Source: a virus (Duplodnaviria > Heunggongvirae > Uroviricota > Caudoviricetes). Taken from it: a stretch of DNA of 10,206 nucleotides. The stretch lies in IMG/VR virus record IMGVR_UViG_2713896909_000006. One strand, written 5' to 3'. Within the stretch, counting starts at the first letter, position 1. Every line of letters begins with the position of its first letter. Both the position numbers and the translations under genes were made by a program. The notes beneath the pieces were generated by a model. That model saw only the letters and a program-made list of their open reading frames with translations. It searched no databases and was not told the origin of the DNA. This document shows positions 1 through 7,013 of the stretch, piece by piece.

Positions 1-290
1 CCGTCAACACAGACTTTCAGCTCACCATATGTCGGGTGGACAAGCGTGCCGGGACCGGGTTTATTCAGCGCGTCAATCAGGCGATCGCGCTGGTCAAAGC
101 AGTCATCTCCCACCACATAAGCTGTGATGGACGGGCGGAAAGTGACTTTTCCCAGATCTTCGGTATAGGGCTTGTCGCGGTTCGGGTATTCATGTGTTTC
201 CACACGGCGACCGATTCCCGCACTTTCTTCTTCAACCTTAAACGGTACGCCGCGAAATGACGCATCCTGAAGCCTGTCTTTCCACGTCAT
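1..290 (-). CDS. Mu gpN-like DNA-circularisation / baseplate protein, N-terminal part (gene runs off the window start)
   Basis: Minus-strand frame with ATG at 290..288 preceded by GGAG (299..296, 5-nt spacer) and open to coordinate 1. Translation MTWKDRLQDASFRGVPFKVEEESAGIGRRVETHEYPNRDKPYTEDLGKVTF... resembles the N-terminal domain of Mu gpN-type proteins, and the position directly after tape measure fits Mu-like tail order. Absent from the ORF track because it has no stop in the window; track ORFs 36..260(+) and 77..265(-) are other frames of the same DNA. Confidence 0.6.
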   Translation of the reverse strand, partial: MTWKDRLQDASFRGVPFKVEEESAGIGRRVETHEYPNRDKPYTEDLGKVTFRPSITAYVVGDDCFDQRDRLIDALNKPGPGTLVHPTYGELKVCVD

Positions 291-305
291 ATAAACTCCG
301 GATAC

Positions 306-361
306 AAAAAACCCGCCAAATCTGCTTTGTCAGTTATTTACATCGCAGAAGATGTGGCGGG
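306..361 (-). terminator. Putative intrinsic terminator after the AT-rich cargo gene
   Basis: In minus-strand RNA: stem CCCGCCA (361..355) pairs with TGGCGGG (318..312), with extra inner pairing GCAGA (349..345) / TCTGC (325..321), immediately followed by T6 (311..306). It starts 20 nt after the cargo-gene stop (381..383). The loop is long, so strength is uncertain. Confidence 0.4.
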
Positions 362-380
362 AACCTAATATTTTTAATTA

Positions 381-872
381 CTATCTGAGTTGAACATCAA
401 TGGAATAAATATCACCACTCTTTATAAATTTAGAATCTGTCCTTTCATCAAAAGATTCAAATGACTGTACCTTTAAAAACTTTTTCATTTTATTTTCAAA
501 AATACTTTCATTAACACCAGTTAAATACTTGAACGCTCTACCAGCAAGGACCTCATTACTTAAATCCATTGTGTTTTTATTGTCTTTGAAAAACCAAACA
601 ATAACCTTTTGTGGGCATGATGGATTATAAACAGATATATAAAACTGCGGCTCATATTTTTCATCAGCGTCATCACTAAGCATTTCTTCAGAAGATAATT
701 CTCTTCTGAATTCATATTGCCGCTTAGTTATTCCTTCATCCTTTATTATCTCTTGCTTAACTGGTGCAATACCTATAGAAGAGATTAATTCTGACTCATT
801 AAAGCTGAACTTACACTCTTCCGCAGCCAAGTTAAAAGATAAAAGTGCAGATATAAAAACAAAGATACGCAT
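381..872 (-). CDS. AT-rich cargo (moron) gene: secreted/periplasmic protein of unknown function
   Basis: Track ORF 381..890; the likely start is the third ATG (872..870) because GAAGGG sits 6 nt upstream of it and the candidate -10 at 908..903 would leave no leader for ATG 890. N-terminus MRIFVFISALLSFNLAA/EEC has the n-, h- and c-regions of a Sec signal peptide; the mature part is about 146 aa with 2 Cys. Sampled 60-nt blocks are 27-32% GC against about 50% in flanking phage genes. I do not recognise the family. Confidence 0.6.
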   Translation of the reverse strand: MRIFVFISALLSFNLAAEECKFSFNESELISSIGIAPVKQEIIKDEGITKRQYEFRRELSSEEMLSDDADEKYEPQFYISVYNPSCPQKVIVWFFKDNKNTMDLSNEVLAGRAFKYLTGVNESIFENKMKKFLKVQSFESFDERTDSKFIKSGDIYSIDVQLR

Positions 873-902
873 AATCATCCCTTCAATCATTTGTAAGGAA
901 TG

Positions 903-908
903 ATTATA
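903..908 (-). promoter_or_regulatory. Candidate sigma70 -10 hexamer (TATAAT on minus strand) for the cargo gene
   Basis: Perfect TATAAT in the 81-bp AT-rich gap between the tape-measure stop (972) and the cargo ORF. The best -35 at 17-bp spacing is poor (GGTTTT), and AT-rich DNA gives many chance -10 matches, so this is weak. Confidence 0.25.
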
Positions 909-971
909 TTAACTACTTAAAGCTGAAAACCCAAATTATGCCAGACAAAAACACATTAATCATTTTGTACA

Positions 972-2804
972 CTACCTGAACCGCGTATAGCCAACATCAT
1001 GGCTGACATCAAAACCGCTGGATCGCGTTTCCATAACCCGCATACCCGGAGGCGAATTCACAAAAGATACCTTGATCTCGCCATCAACTTTTGGCACAGA
1101 AGCTTTGTTAATCATGAAGGGATTCGAGCCTGTGGCATCGGAGGCGTTGTTTGACTGAGCCGGATCCACCGCCGGATAAGGTGTGTATCCCCGCGCCGGT
1201 ATTCCCGTCCCATAAGCATCATAAGCACCCGCGCCCCACTGCGCAGAGTTAATGGCATCGACCGTGTCACCGGAACTGTCGGTAAACCACTCAATAATTG
1301 GCTTCAGCTTGTCCCACATATCCTGAAACCACTTAACAACCGGTCCCCAGTTATTGATTACCATCCCCAGCGGCGACCAGGCAAAAACCTTCTTCAGAAG
1401 TTCCCAGCCAGCCTCAAAATAAGGACCAATGGTTTCCCAGAGCTTCTTGAAATAAGGTCCGACAACATCCCAGTTAGTGATAATTAATCCCGCAGCCAGG
1501 GCTATCGCCGTCGCAATCATTCCAATCGGCGTCATCGACATGATCCTGCTGACAATACTGATGGCACCGCCAACGCCCATCAATCCCAGTTTCAGAATCG
1601 CAAGACCGGCAGCAAGCCCGACGACGCCGCGAATAACCCGGGGATTTTCATCCGCAAACTTCGTGAATTTTTCCCCTAACTCCCCCAGCCATTGCGTGAT
1701 ATTTTTGGCGTCACCAGAAAATGCGCCGCCAATAGCCGCAAGGCCGTTAGTTGCGGTCCCCGTCATTGCCTCCCACAGGTTGGACAGCGTACCAAGCTGT
1801 GCCTGAACACGTTTATTCAGGCTGGCCTGTTTATTCATCTTCTGCTGGATCTGATCGTAGCCATCCTTTCCTTTATCGATCAGCGCATTGACCACCTGAA
1901 GGGTTTCGGCATCATCACCAAATATTGCTTTAAGTACACCAGTTCGTTTAACGTCGGTCAGTTTTCGCAGCTTTGCCAGTTGCCTGAACATGTTATCAAG
2001 ACCGCCAAAACTCCCTTTGCCGTCAGTAAAATCGAGCTGTACCCCGAGTTTCTGGCGGGCCATGATTTTATTGACGTCCCTGATTTTCTTAACGCTTAAT
2101 CCGGACTGGATAACTTTTCGCAGGGCGTTACCTGCCGACTCCCCGTTCATCCCCATCTGATCCATCATGACGCTGATGGGGGCAAGGCTCTGTGCAGCCT
2201 GAAGACCGTCCCTGTTCACCATCTTCAGAACAGAGCTGGTTTTAGTGAAGAAGGACAACATGTTGGTATCGTCAACGCCCAGATAAAACGCCTTCTGGAT
2301 AGTGTCGAACAGCCCCATCATGTCTTCTGACGCCGTTCCGGTAGCATCCTGCATCTTTGCGGCAAACTCGGCAGCCGCTTCCGGTGTTTTTTTCAGTTGT
2401 ACCGCAAGATAAGCTGTCGCTTTACCCACACCGCCAAGAATGTTTTCTGCCGGGATCCCCTGACGCACCAGCATCTGCATCATGTTCTGAAAATCAGCCG
2501 TTGTACCGGGTAGCTGGTTACCCAGGCCAATAGCCAGTTTATTGATGTCCTGAAAGCTCTTTCCAACCTCGCCGTTCGCATCCATCATGGCGACTTTCAG
2601 CCCGATGGCGGCGTTTTCCTGATCGGCATAAGATTTCAGGGAAAGCGTCAGACCCGCTGCCAGTCCGCCACCAAGCGCCAGCCCACCCTGTGACGCTTCT
2701 TCCGCCTGGCGTTTAAATCCCCGGATTTTCTTTTGCATTTTCGACAGCGCGGGAGAAAGCCTGTCGACACCGGTGATCAACGCCTTAAGCTCAAATTCAG
2801 CCAT
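972..2804 (-). CDS. Tail tape measure protein
   Basis: 610-aa ORF directly downstream of the chaperone pair, with ATG 2804 and AGGAGA about 9 nt upstream. Gly/Ala-rich N-terminal region, long hydrophobic segment (GVVGLAAGLAILKLGLMGVGG...IALAAGLIITNW) and Trp-rich repeats (GPYFKKLWETIGPYFEAGWELLKKVFAW...WFQDMWDKLKPIIEWF), all typical of tape measure proteins; position matches Mu gp42. Confidence 0.8.
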   Translation of the reverse strand: MAEFELKALITGVDRLSPALSKMQKKIRGFKRQAEEASQGGLALGGGLAAGLTLSLKSYADQENAAIGLKVAMMDANGEVGKSFQDINKLAIGLGNQLPGTTADFQNMMQMLVRQGIPAENILGGVGKATAYLAVQLKKTPEAAAEFAAKMQDATGTASEDMMGLFDTIQKAFYLGVDDTNMLSFFTKTSSVLKMVNRDGLQAAQSLAPISVMMDQMGMNGESAGNALRKVIQSGLSVKKIRDVNKIMARQKLGVQLDFTDGKGSFGGLDNMFRQLAKLRKLTDVKRTGVLKAIFGDDAETLQVVNALIDKGKDGYDQIQQKMNKQASLNKRVQAQLGTLSNLWEAMTGTATNGLAAIGGAFSGDAKNITQWLGELGEKFTKFADENPRVIRGVVGLAAGLAILKLGLMGVGGAISIVSRIMSMTPIGMIATAIALAAGLIITNWDVVGPYFKKLWETIGPYFEAGWELLKKVFAWSPLGMVINNWGPVVKWFQDMWDKLKPIIEWFTDSSGDTVDAINSAQWGAGAYDAYGTGIPARGYTPYPAVDPAQSNNASDATGSNPFMINKASVPKVDGEIKVSFVNSPPGMRVMETRSSGFDVSHDVGYTRFR

Positions 2805-3215
2805 GTGTGCGTTTCTCCTGCTCTATCCTGTTTGCCTGACTGACCAGCAAGGGAATTTCACTGATCGGCATATTCAGCAATTCGAAGGGATTAATGCGCC
2901 AGTAGCTGGCGCAGTCAAAGAAGCGATCAGTGAGGTATTCAGCCGTCAGGCCTGGAGGAAAAAACCAGCCACAAGCCACGCCGCTGCATTCAGGTCTGCC
3001 GGAGACATCTGGTCGACAGAGCTTTGCGGCACTTTCGCCAGCCGCACAATGTATTTCGATACCACATGCGCCAGAAGTCTGACGGACTCATCCTGATTCA
3101 TCTGGTAGGGATACCCCAGCTCGCGGACATCTTTCCCGGTGGGCTCATCAAACTCCAGTACGGAGAGTGTCTCGCCATGAGCGGTAATCGGTTTCTTTAA
3201 CTCAAGCTCTTTCAT
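2797..3215 (-). CDS. Tail assembly chaperone, -1 frameshift fusion (GT-like long product, about 139 aa)
   Basis: A -1 slip at T_TTT_TTC (2964..2958) moves ribosomes from codon 86 of the 89-aa ORF into the overlapping track ORF 2797..2979, adding PPGLTAEYLTDRFFDCASYWRINPFELLNMPISEIPLLVSQANRIEQEKRTHG. That extension ends 8 nt inside the tape-measure start, the usual G/GT arrangement. Confidence 0.55.
2946..3215 (-). CDS. Tail assembly chaperone, short (G-like) product
   Basis: 89-aa ORF between the tube and tape-measure genes; its ATG (3215..3213) overlaps the tube stop as TAATG. Small acidic protein in the position of lambda G / Mu gp41, ending ...VAGFFLQA* just after a slippery heptamer. Confidence 0.7.
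   Translation of the reverse strand: MKELELKKPITAHGETLSVLEFDEPTGKDVRELGYPYQMNQDESVRLLAHVVSKYIVRLAKVPQSSVDQMSPADLNAAAWLVAGFFLQA
2958..2964 (-). other. -1 programmed frameshift slippery heptamer T_TTT_TTC
   Basis: Minus-strand sequence GCT GGT TTT TTC CTC in the zero frame; the heptamer T TTT TTC fits the X_XXY_YYZ rule and lies 4 codons before the zero-frame stop. A CAGGCCTG palindrome follows. Confidence 0.55.
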
Positions 3216-3571
3216 TACTGGTAATCCCCTTCTTCACCGTGAAATTCAATATCGACCGTGCCTTCTTCGGCATTATGGTTCGCTTCGCCGTGCAGCCCGG
3301 CTGACGACAATACATAGACCTGACCGTTCGCCAGCTCGGCAGTGATGGTCATCTCATCAGACGAGGTGATTTTGCTCACCGGAAAATTCTTCGGCACCTT
3401 GAAGGTCCCTTTGACATAAGGCGCACGGTGAGTTTCCTTGCGGTCCACTGAACCGTCCAGGCCGATGATGTCATCATTGACCGTCCTGTTCATGGGCACC
3501 TCAATGCCGCCGGTCAGCGATAGCTGTTGACCGTCAATTTTGAAATAACAGGTTCCCCCGATACGGGCCAT
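3215..3571 (-). CDS. Tail tube protein (Mu gpM-like)
   Basis: 118-aa ORF immediately after the sheath gene (TAATG overlap at 3571) with GAGGAG 8 nt upstream. Size and position match contractile-tail tube proteins; MARIGGTCYFKIDGQQLSLTGGIEVPMNRTVNDD... looks like a Mu-type tube. Confidence 0.75.
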   Translation of the reverse strand: MARIGGTCYFKIDGQQLSLTGGIEVPMNRTVNDDIIGLDGSVDRKETHRAPYVKGTFKVPKNFPVSKITSSDEMTITAELANGQVYVLSSAGLHGEANHNAEEGTVDIEFHGEEGDYQ

Positions 3572-5067
3572 TATGCAGACTCCTCTGAATACTGAAGACG
3601 GAACTGGTTAACCACGGCAAAGACACTCAACTGGTTAACATAGTCAGGCGGGAACAGCGTGTTCAGGCGGTTCGGATCGCTGGCATCACGCTCCACAACC
3701 AGGTACTGCTTAAACAGTTCGTAGTTTTCCACGATCCCCGCACGCTCAAGCTGACGGTAGGTTGCCAGCAGTTCCCCTTTGATTACCGCCGGGGTGACAA
3801 TCGCCTGACCGGGACCAAAGCGGGTACCGTCGCTGGCAAGCTTGTGACGCCCGTACTTACTGGTAATGACGGATTTCAGTTTGCGCAGTACATACGCACT
3901 GGTATGCAGCGTCTCGCTGTCGAGGTAGCTGTTATCCGCAACCCCGTAAGCATTTTTCCTGTACGTGGTGACATCACGCTGAATGCGCAGCACCCCGCTT
4001 TCGACATACGCCGTTGCCACGCCATGAGAGAGCAGGGTCTGCTGCTCGGTCATCGTGAACCGTTTCCCCTTCGGCGCAGGCAGCATACCCACCAGCTCAC
4101 CGGTCTGCGTGGGACGTGCCGGATCGTTGCGGATAAACACCGCTGCGCGGGCGGTACGGCTTGCCGCCAGCTCGTCGGCAGGCGTCTGGGTCTCTTTTTC
4201 GTATCCCGCCAGGGTAATGTGCTGCTGGTTAAACTGGTCACCTGCGGTCACCAGTTCTGACAGCGTGCCGATCTTTGCCGTATACACATGACCATACAGC
4301 TGACGCGCATAGCTCCAGCGACCGCTGGTATCGTTCATCTCGGTCACCAGCGTGTTAACGGAGGCTGTGTCGTTGAACGGCAGGCCGATATAATCAAACG
4401 GCTCATCCGCCATTGCAGCCACCGCGCCGGTGAGAACAGGAGCGCCCGTTCCGGCGGTACCCGTCGCCACGGCAATCTGTACGCCCGCTGGCAGCACTTC
4501 GCCCCCACCAAAGCCGTAGTAATTGAGGCTGACAGGAATTTCATTCCCGCAAAGCCCCTTATGACGCGCGGTCAGTGTGACCACGCCTGCCGAAGATGAG
4601 GCAGTAAACGGCAGGGTCGGAACGGCATTGATGGCATCTTTGATACTGCTGGCAATCGTCGCGACGTTATCGCCGTTGGTCACCGGTGCCTGCACGCGGG
4701 TACGTCCCACATAAACATTCACCGTGCCGGTTTCGGTTGCCGCGCCGGTCACCGTCAGCGTAACTGTTGCCGCCGCGCCCGTGGATTCAGGAACGGCAAT
4801 CACATACAGTTCACCAAACGGGTCGGTCTGGCGATAAGCCTCGACCATACGCGCCAGCTGACTTCCCGCACCACAAATCTGGCGTGCATAGTCTGCCGAT
4901 GGCATCAGCACCAGACTGTTGGCAACAATCTCTGCACCGTTATTGGCATGACCAATCAGCAGCGATGCTCCGCTGTCCTGTGCAGTATTCGCCGCCGAGT
5001 TATCCATTTCCGCATAAAAAATCGGAACCAGCGTATTCGACGGAATGGTGTTAAAGCTTATCGTCAT
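3571..5067 (-). CDS. Contractile tail sheath protein (Mu gpL-like)
   Basis: 498-aa ORF with AAGGTGA 7 nt upstream of ATG 5067, directly preceding the tube gene. Size and order are as in Mu-like myovirus tails. Confidence 0.8.
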   Translation of the reverse strand: MTISFNTIPSNTLVPIFYAEMDNSAANTAQDSGASLLIGHANNGAEIVANSLVLMPSADYARQICGAGSQLARMVEAYRQTDPFGELYVIAVPESTGAAATVTLTVTGAATETGTVNVYVGRTRVQAPVTNGDNVATIASSIKDAINAVPTLPFTASSSAGVVTLTARHKGLCGNEIPVSLNYYGFGGGEVLPAGVQIAVATGTAGTGAPVLTGAVAAMADEPFDYIGLPFNDTASVNTLVTEMNDTSGRWSYARQLYGHVYTAKIGTLSELVTAGDQFNQQHITLAGYEKETQTPADELAASRTARAAVFIRNDPARPTQTGELVGMLPAPKGKRFTMTEQQTLLSHGVATAYVESGVLRIQRDVTTYRKNAYGVADNSYLDSETLHTSAYVLRKLKSVITSKYGRHKLASDGTRFGPGQAIVTPAVIKGELLATYRQLERAGIVENYELFKQYLVVERDASDPNRLNTLFPPDYVNQLSVFAVVNQFRLQYSEESA

Positions 5068-5221
5068 CGGTATTCACCTTTTTATTCACGCGCCGGATAT
5101 CACCCGCTGCTTCACGGCGCAGCCAGTAGTTGTTCTCATCAACATTTCGCCCCTCGGCGGGCAAAAGGTCGCCGCGGGCAGGGTCAGGAACTGACCGCCC
5201 TTTAACAGGTTTCACAAACAT
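5051..5221 (-). CDS. Small conserved tail-region protein (Mu gp38-like; DUF2635-like)
   Basis: 56-codon ORF not in the track (presumably below its length cutoff), filling the otherwise empty 162-bp gap between the gp37-like and sheath genes. ATG 5221..5219 is 8 nt after the upstream stop, and its TAA (5053..5051) overlaps the sheath start by 17 nt. Translation MFVKPVKGRSVPDPARGDLLPAEGRNVDENNYWLRREAAGDIRRVNKKVNTDDDKL; Mu has a small gene (gp38) in the same position. Confidence 0.5.
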   Translation of the reverse strand: MFVKPVKGRSVPDPARGDLLPAEGRNVDENNYWLRREAAGDIRRVNKKVNTDDDKL

Positions 5222-5229
5222 GAAGATTC

Positions 5230-5790
5230 TCAGGAAGGAAGGGTTATTTCGGTGTGATGTTCGATATCGCCGTCAGGCCCGTTACCGGGATCGAGATAAT
5301 CAACATCAATCGCCAGCGTTCGCAGTTCATCCAGACTGTTCAGGTCATCCTGCTGGCGGGTATCGTCTTCGGTCAGCTCGCTGATGACCGAAAAATCGAA
5401 CTGATAAATCAGCTCATGACGATTCAGATCCAGCAGCGTGCCGCCGTCATAGGTAATCGGGTTACCGCACGCTTCCGGGTTCCAGCCCAGCAGAGCCTTA
5501 AAGAGCATCTGCCGGACATCGTCCACCACATCATACGAGGCAAACTGACCGCGCTCATCACGCCCGTTACTCAGTATGACAACCACGGAGAAGCCCTCTT
5601 TCAGCTCCTGCCAGTAGTCGGTCTGGCTTTTGTTTTCTCCCGGAGAGTCATCACCCGGTACCACATACGCCGCCGGGAGTCTCAGCTTTCCGACCTCCGG
5701 CAGATTTTTGAACTGTGCCGCGCCTGCCACCCGGTTTTCAAAATACGGGCAGCGGGCACGCAGCGCAGCAATAACAGGCGTCAGTTTCAT
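5230..5790 (-). CDS. Mu gp37-like tail protein (DUF1834-like; tail terminator/completion candidate)
   Basis: 186-aa acidic ORF between the neck proteins and the sheath, overlapping the upstream stop by 4 nt. Assignment is by position and size in a Mu-like tail module; the family call is from memory only. Confidence 0.5.
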   Translation of the reverse strand: MKLTPVIAALRARCPYFENRVAGAAQFKNLPEVGKLRLPAAYVVPGDDSPGENKSQTDYWQELKEGFSVVVILSNGRDERGQFASYDVVDDVRQMLFKALLGWNPEACGNPITYDGGTLLDLNRHELIYQFDFSVISELTEDDTRQQDDLNSLDELRTLAIDVDYLDPGNGPDGDIEHHTEITLPS

Positions 5791-6230
5791 CTGTGTCGTC
5801 GCTCCGGCTTCAGTGATTTACGCAATTCCCGCGCCAGAAAATACCAGCCGCTGCCACCGGATGCACCACGATGATGACTACGACGACGTTTTGCTCCTCC
5901 CCGGACACCAAAAAACAGAAACGCCGGATAGAAGTCACCAGAGATCATCCGGTTCCCCTTCCCGTTGCGCTGGTTAGGGGCAATGCGTGTCATAAAACCG
6001 GCTCGCTTTTTACTGGCTCTCGGCACCATGTAACCAATCGAACGAGCCAGGCGTCCGGTCTGATAACCGGGGTTTTCACCCGGTGCCGACCGCGCACGGC
6101 GCATCACCAGCCGACGGGCATCACGCATATGACGCTGCCCAATCGTGACAAACGCCCGCCGGACACGGGCGCGGTTAAAGCGCATCTCCGCGGGCTGCTG
6201 AACATCAACGTGAAAAAAGGGAGTCGCCAT
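5787..6230 (-). CDS. Neck/tail-completion protein (HK97 gp10-like or Mu gp36-like)
   Basis: 147-aa very basic ORF (Arg-rich, GENPGYQTGRLARSIGY motif) following the head-closure gene. Position and size fit the HK97 gp10 family; its start overlaps the upstream ORF by 26 nt, so the true start may be an internal Met. Confidence 0.5.
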   Translation of the reverse strand: MATPFFHVDVQQPAEMRFNRARVRRAFVTIGQRHMRDARRLVMRRARSAPGENPGYQTGRLARSIGYMVPRASKKRAGFMTRIAPNQRNGKGNRMISGDFYPAFLFFGVRGGAKRRRSHHRGASGGSGWYFLARELRKSLKPERRHR

Positions 6231-6615
6231 TGCTGCCTCCGTGACTCTGCGTAAATTCGCCCAGTTCCGTACACTCCAGCAGCAGAAAGCGCCGCGCCCC
6301 GTTCAGATCGCGCTGACGTTTCACCCGGTACACACTGTCATCACAGACCACCTCATAATCAGCAGTGATCCCCCGGCGGTAGCGAATGGTGATGTAATGG
6401 GTGATGGCGTCTCCGGTCTGCGCGGTTTCCTGCCAGGTGGTGGCACTGGTCTGGATAACCTTCGCCCATGCCCGGAACGCAACCGGGTATTGAGGCTCCA
6501 CGCCAAAGTTATCCGCGGGCATATCCACCCGCTGGCGGATCAGGACGCGTTTATTCAGTTCGCCGGGGTCCGGCAGAATGTAGGTTGCGCTGGTCTGCGC
6601 CTGACGAATTTTCAT
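6205..6615 (-). CDS. Head closure / head-tail adaptor protein
   Basis: 136-aa ORF after the gp6-like connector with a 4-nt overlap. Central region ...YPVAFRAWAKVIQTSATTWQETAQTGDAITHYITIRYRRGITADYEVVCDDSVYRVKRQRDL... is typical of phage head-tail joining (head closure) proteins. Confidence 0.6.
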   Translation of the reverse strand: MKIRQAQTSATYILPDPGELNKRVLIRQRVDMPADNFGVEPQYPVAFRAWAKVIQTSATTWQETAQTGDAITHYITIRYRRGITADYEVVCDDSVYRVKRQRDLNGARRFLLLECTELGEFTQSHGGSNGDSLFSR

Positions 6616-6935
6616 AGTGGTATAAGGCGATAAGGAACAACCAACCAGTTAAAACTCATTGGCAACTCCATTTTCTCAACGTCTGTAACCGTTGAGCGGT
6701 TTTCGTAGAAATGGCTGACAAGTAGCAGAAGCGCCAGCTTCACATCATCAGATATCACAAGCCCATCAGGATCATCCGCAGGCCTGTCATCTGCGGTTGC
6801 ATACAACTTACGGTTAAGGAAGTTTTCCGTACGACTCTGAGCGGCCTTACCAAGCAGTTCAAGCAACTCATCTTCATCAGAGAAATCATCATCCAGACGG
6901 AGCTGAAGCTTAATCTCTTCCATTTTTAACAGCAT
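6612..6935 (-). CDS. Head-tail connector protein (gp6-like)
   Basis: Track ORF 6612..6980, but the first 15 codons are just the translation of an intergenic hairpin. The likely start is ATG 6935..6933 (MLLKMEEIKLQLRLDDDFSDEDELLELLGKAA...), with GGAGG (6944..6940) 4 nt upstream; this N-terminus matches the gp6-like connector family. Confidence 0.6.
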   Translation of the reverse strand: MLLKMEEIKLQLRLDDDFSDEDELLELLGKAAQSRTENFLNRKLYATADDRPADDPDGLVISDDVKLALLLLVSHFYENRSTVTDVEKMELPMSFNWLVVPYRLIPL

Positions 6936-6944
6936 AAAACCTCC

Positions 6945-6988
6945 TGTGCCCGCCAGAACGCGGGCACAAAAAAACCGCATTACGCGGC
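6945..6988 (-). promoter_or_regulatory. Tandem stem-loops between the major capsid and connector genes (terminator/attenuator or mRNA-stabilising candidates)
   Basis: In minus-strand RNA: hairpin 1 GCCGC-GUAAU-GCGGU (6988..6974, 4 GC pairs plus one G-U) followed by U7 (6974..6968), then hairpin 2 with a perfect 9-bp stem UGUGCCCGC / GCGGGCACA and 6-nt loop (6968..6945), then GGAGG and the connector ATG. Confidence 0.4.
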
Positions 6989-7013
6989 GTGCTGTATTAC
7001 GTAAAAAGACTAA

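Noticed and set aside
36-265. Track ORFs 36..260(+) and 77..265(-) at the window start
   Set aside because: The third minus-strand frame, open from ATG 290 to the window edge with a GGAG RBS, gives a gpN-like protein, so these are off-frame or antisense readings of it.
306-361. Considered whether the hairpin after the cargo gene is a phage attachment site or recombination scar
   Set aside because: No flanking direct repeats or integrase/tRNA context; hairpin plus T-run directly after a stop codon is more simply a terminator.
1112-1294. Minus-strand ORF 1112..1294 (60 aa) inside the tape-measure gene
   Set aside because: Alternative frame of the tape-measure C-terminal region; Arg/Met-rich with no start context.
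1477-2099. Plus-strand ORFs 1477..1806 and 1692..2099 inside the tape-measure gene
   Set aside because: Antisense to a well-supported long structural gene, no RBS, and translations are low-complexity Pro/Ala/Ile-rich mirror images of the Gly/Ala-rich tape-measure frame.
2773-3096. Plus-strand ORF 2773..3096 across the chaperone/tape-measure junction
   Set aside because: Antisense to the chaperone and its frameshift extension, which have a slippery site and matching gene order; no support for a plus-strand gene.
3844-5205. Plus- and minus-strand alternative-frame ORFs within the sheath gene (3844..4260, 4050..4241, 4055..4291, 4288..4599, 4344..4544, 4767..5054, 4948..5205)
   Set aside because: All are embedded in the 498-aa sheath ORF; Arg/Cys-rich translations are typical of off-frame reads of GC-rich coding DNA.
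5130-6633. Plus-strand ORFs 5130..5384, 5254..5874, 5630..5977, 5871..6254 and 6241..6633, and minus-strand 6321..6506
   Set aside because: They sit antisense or out of frame over four contiguous, tightly coupled neck and tail genes; there is no evidence of independent signals, and the compositions are Arg-rich off-frame artefacts.
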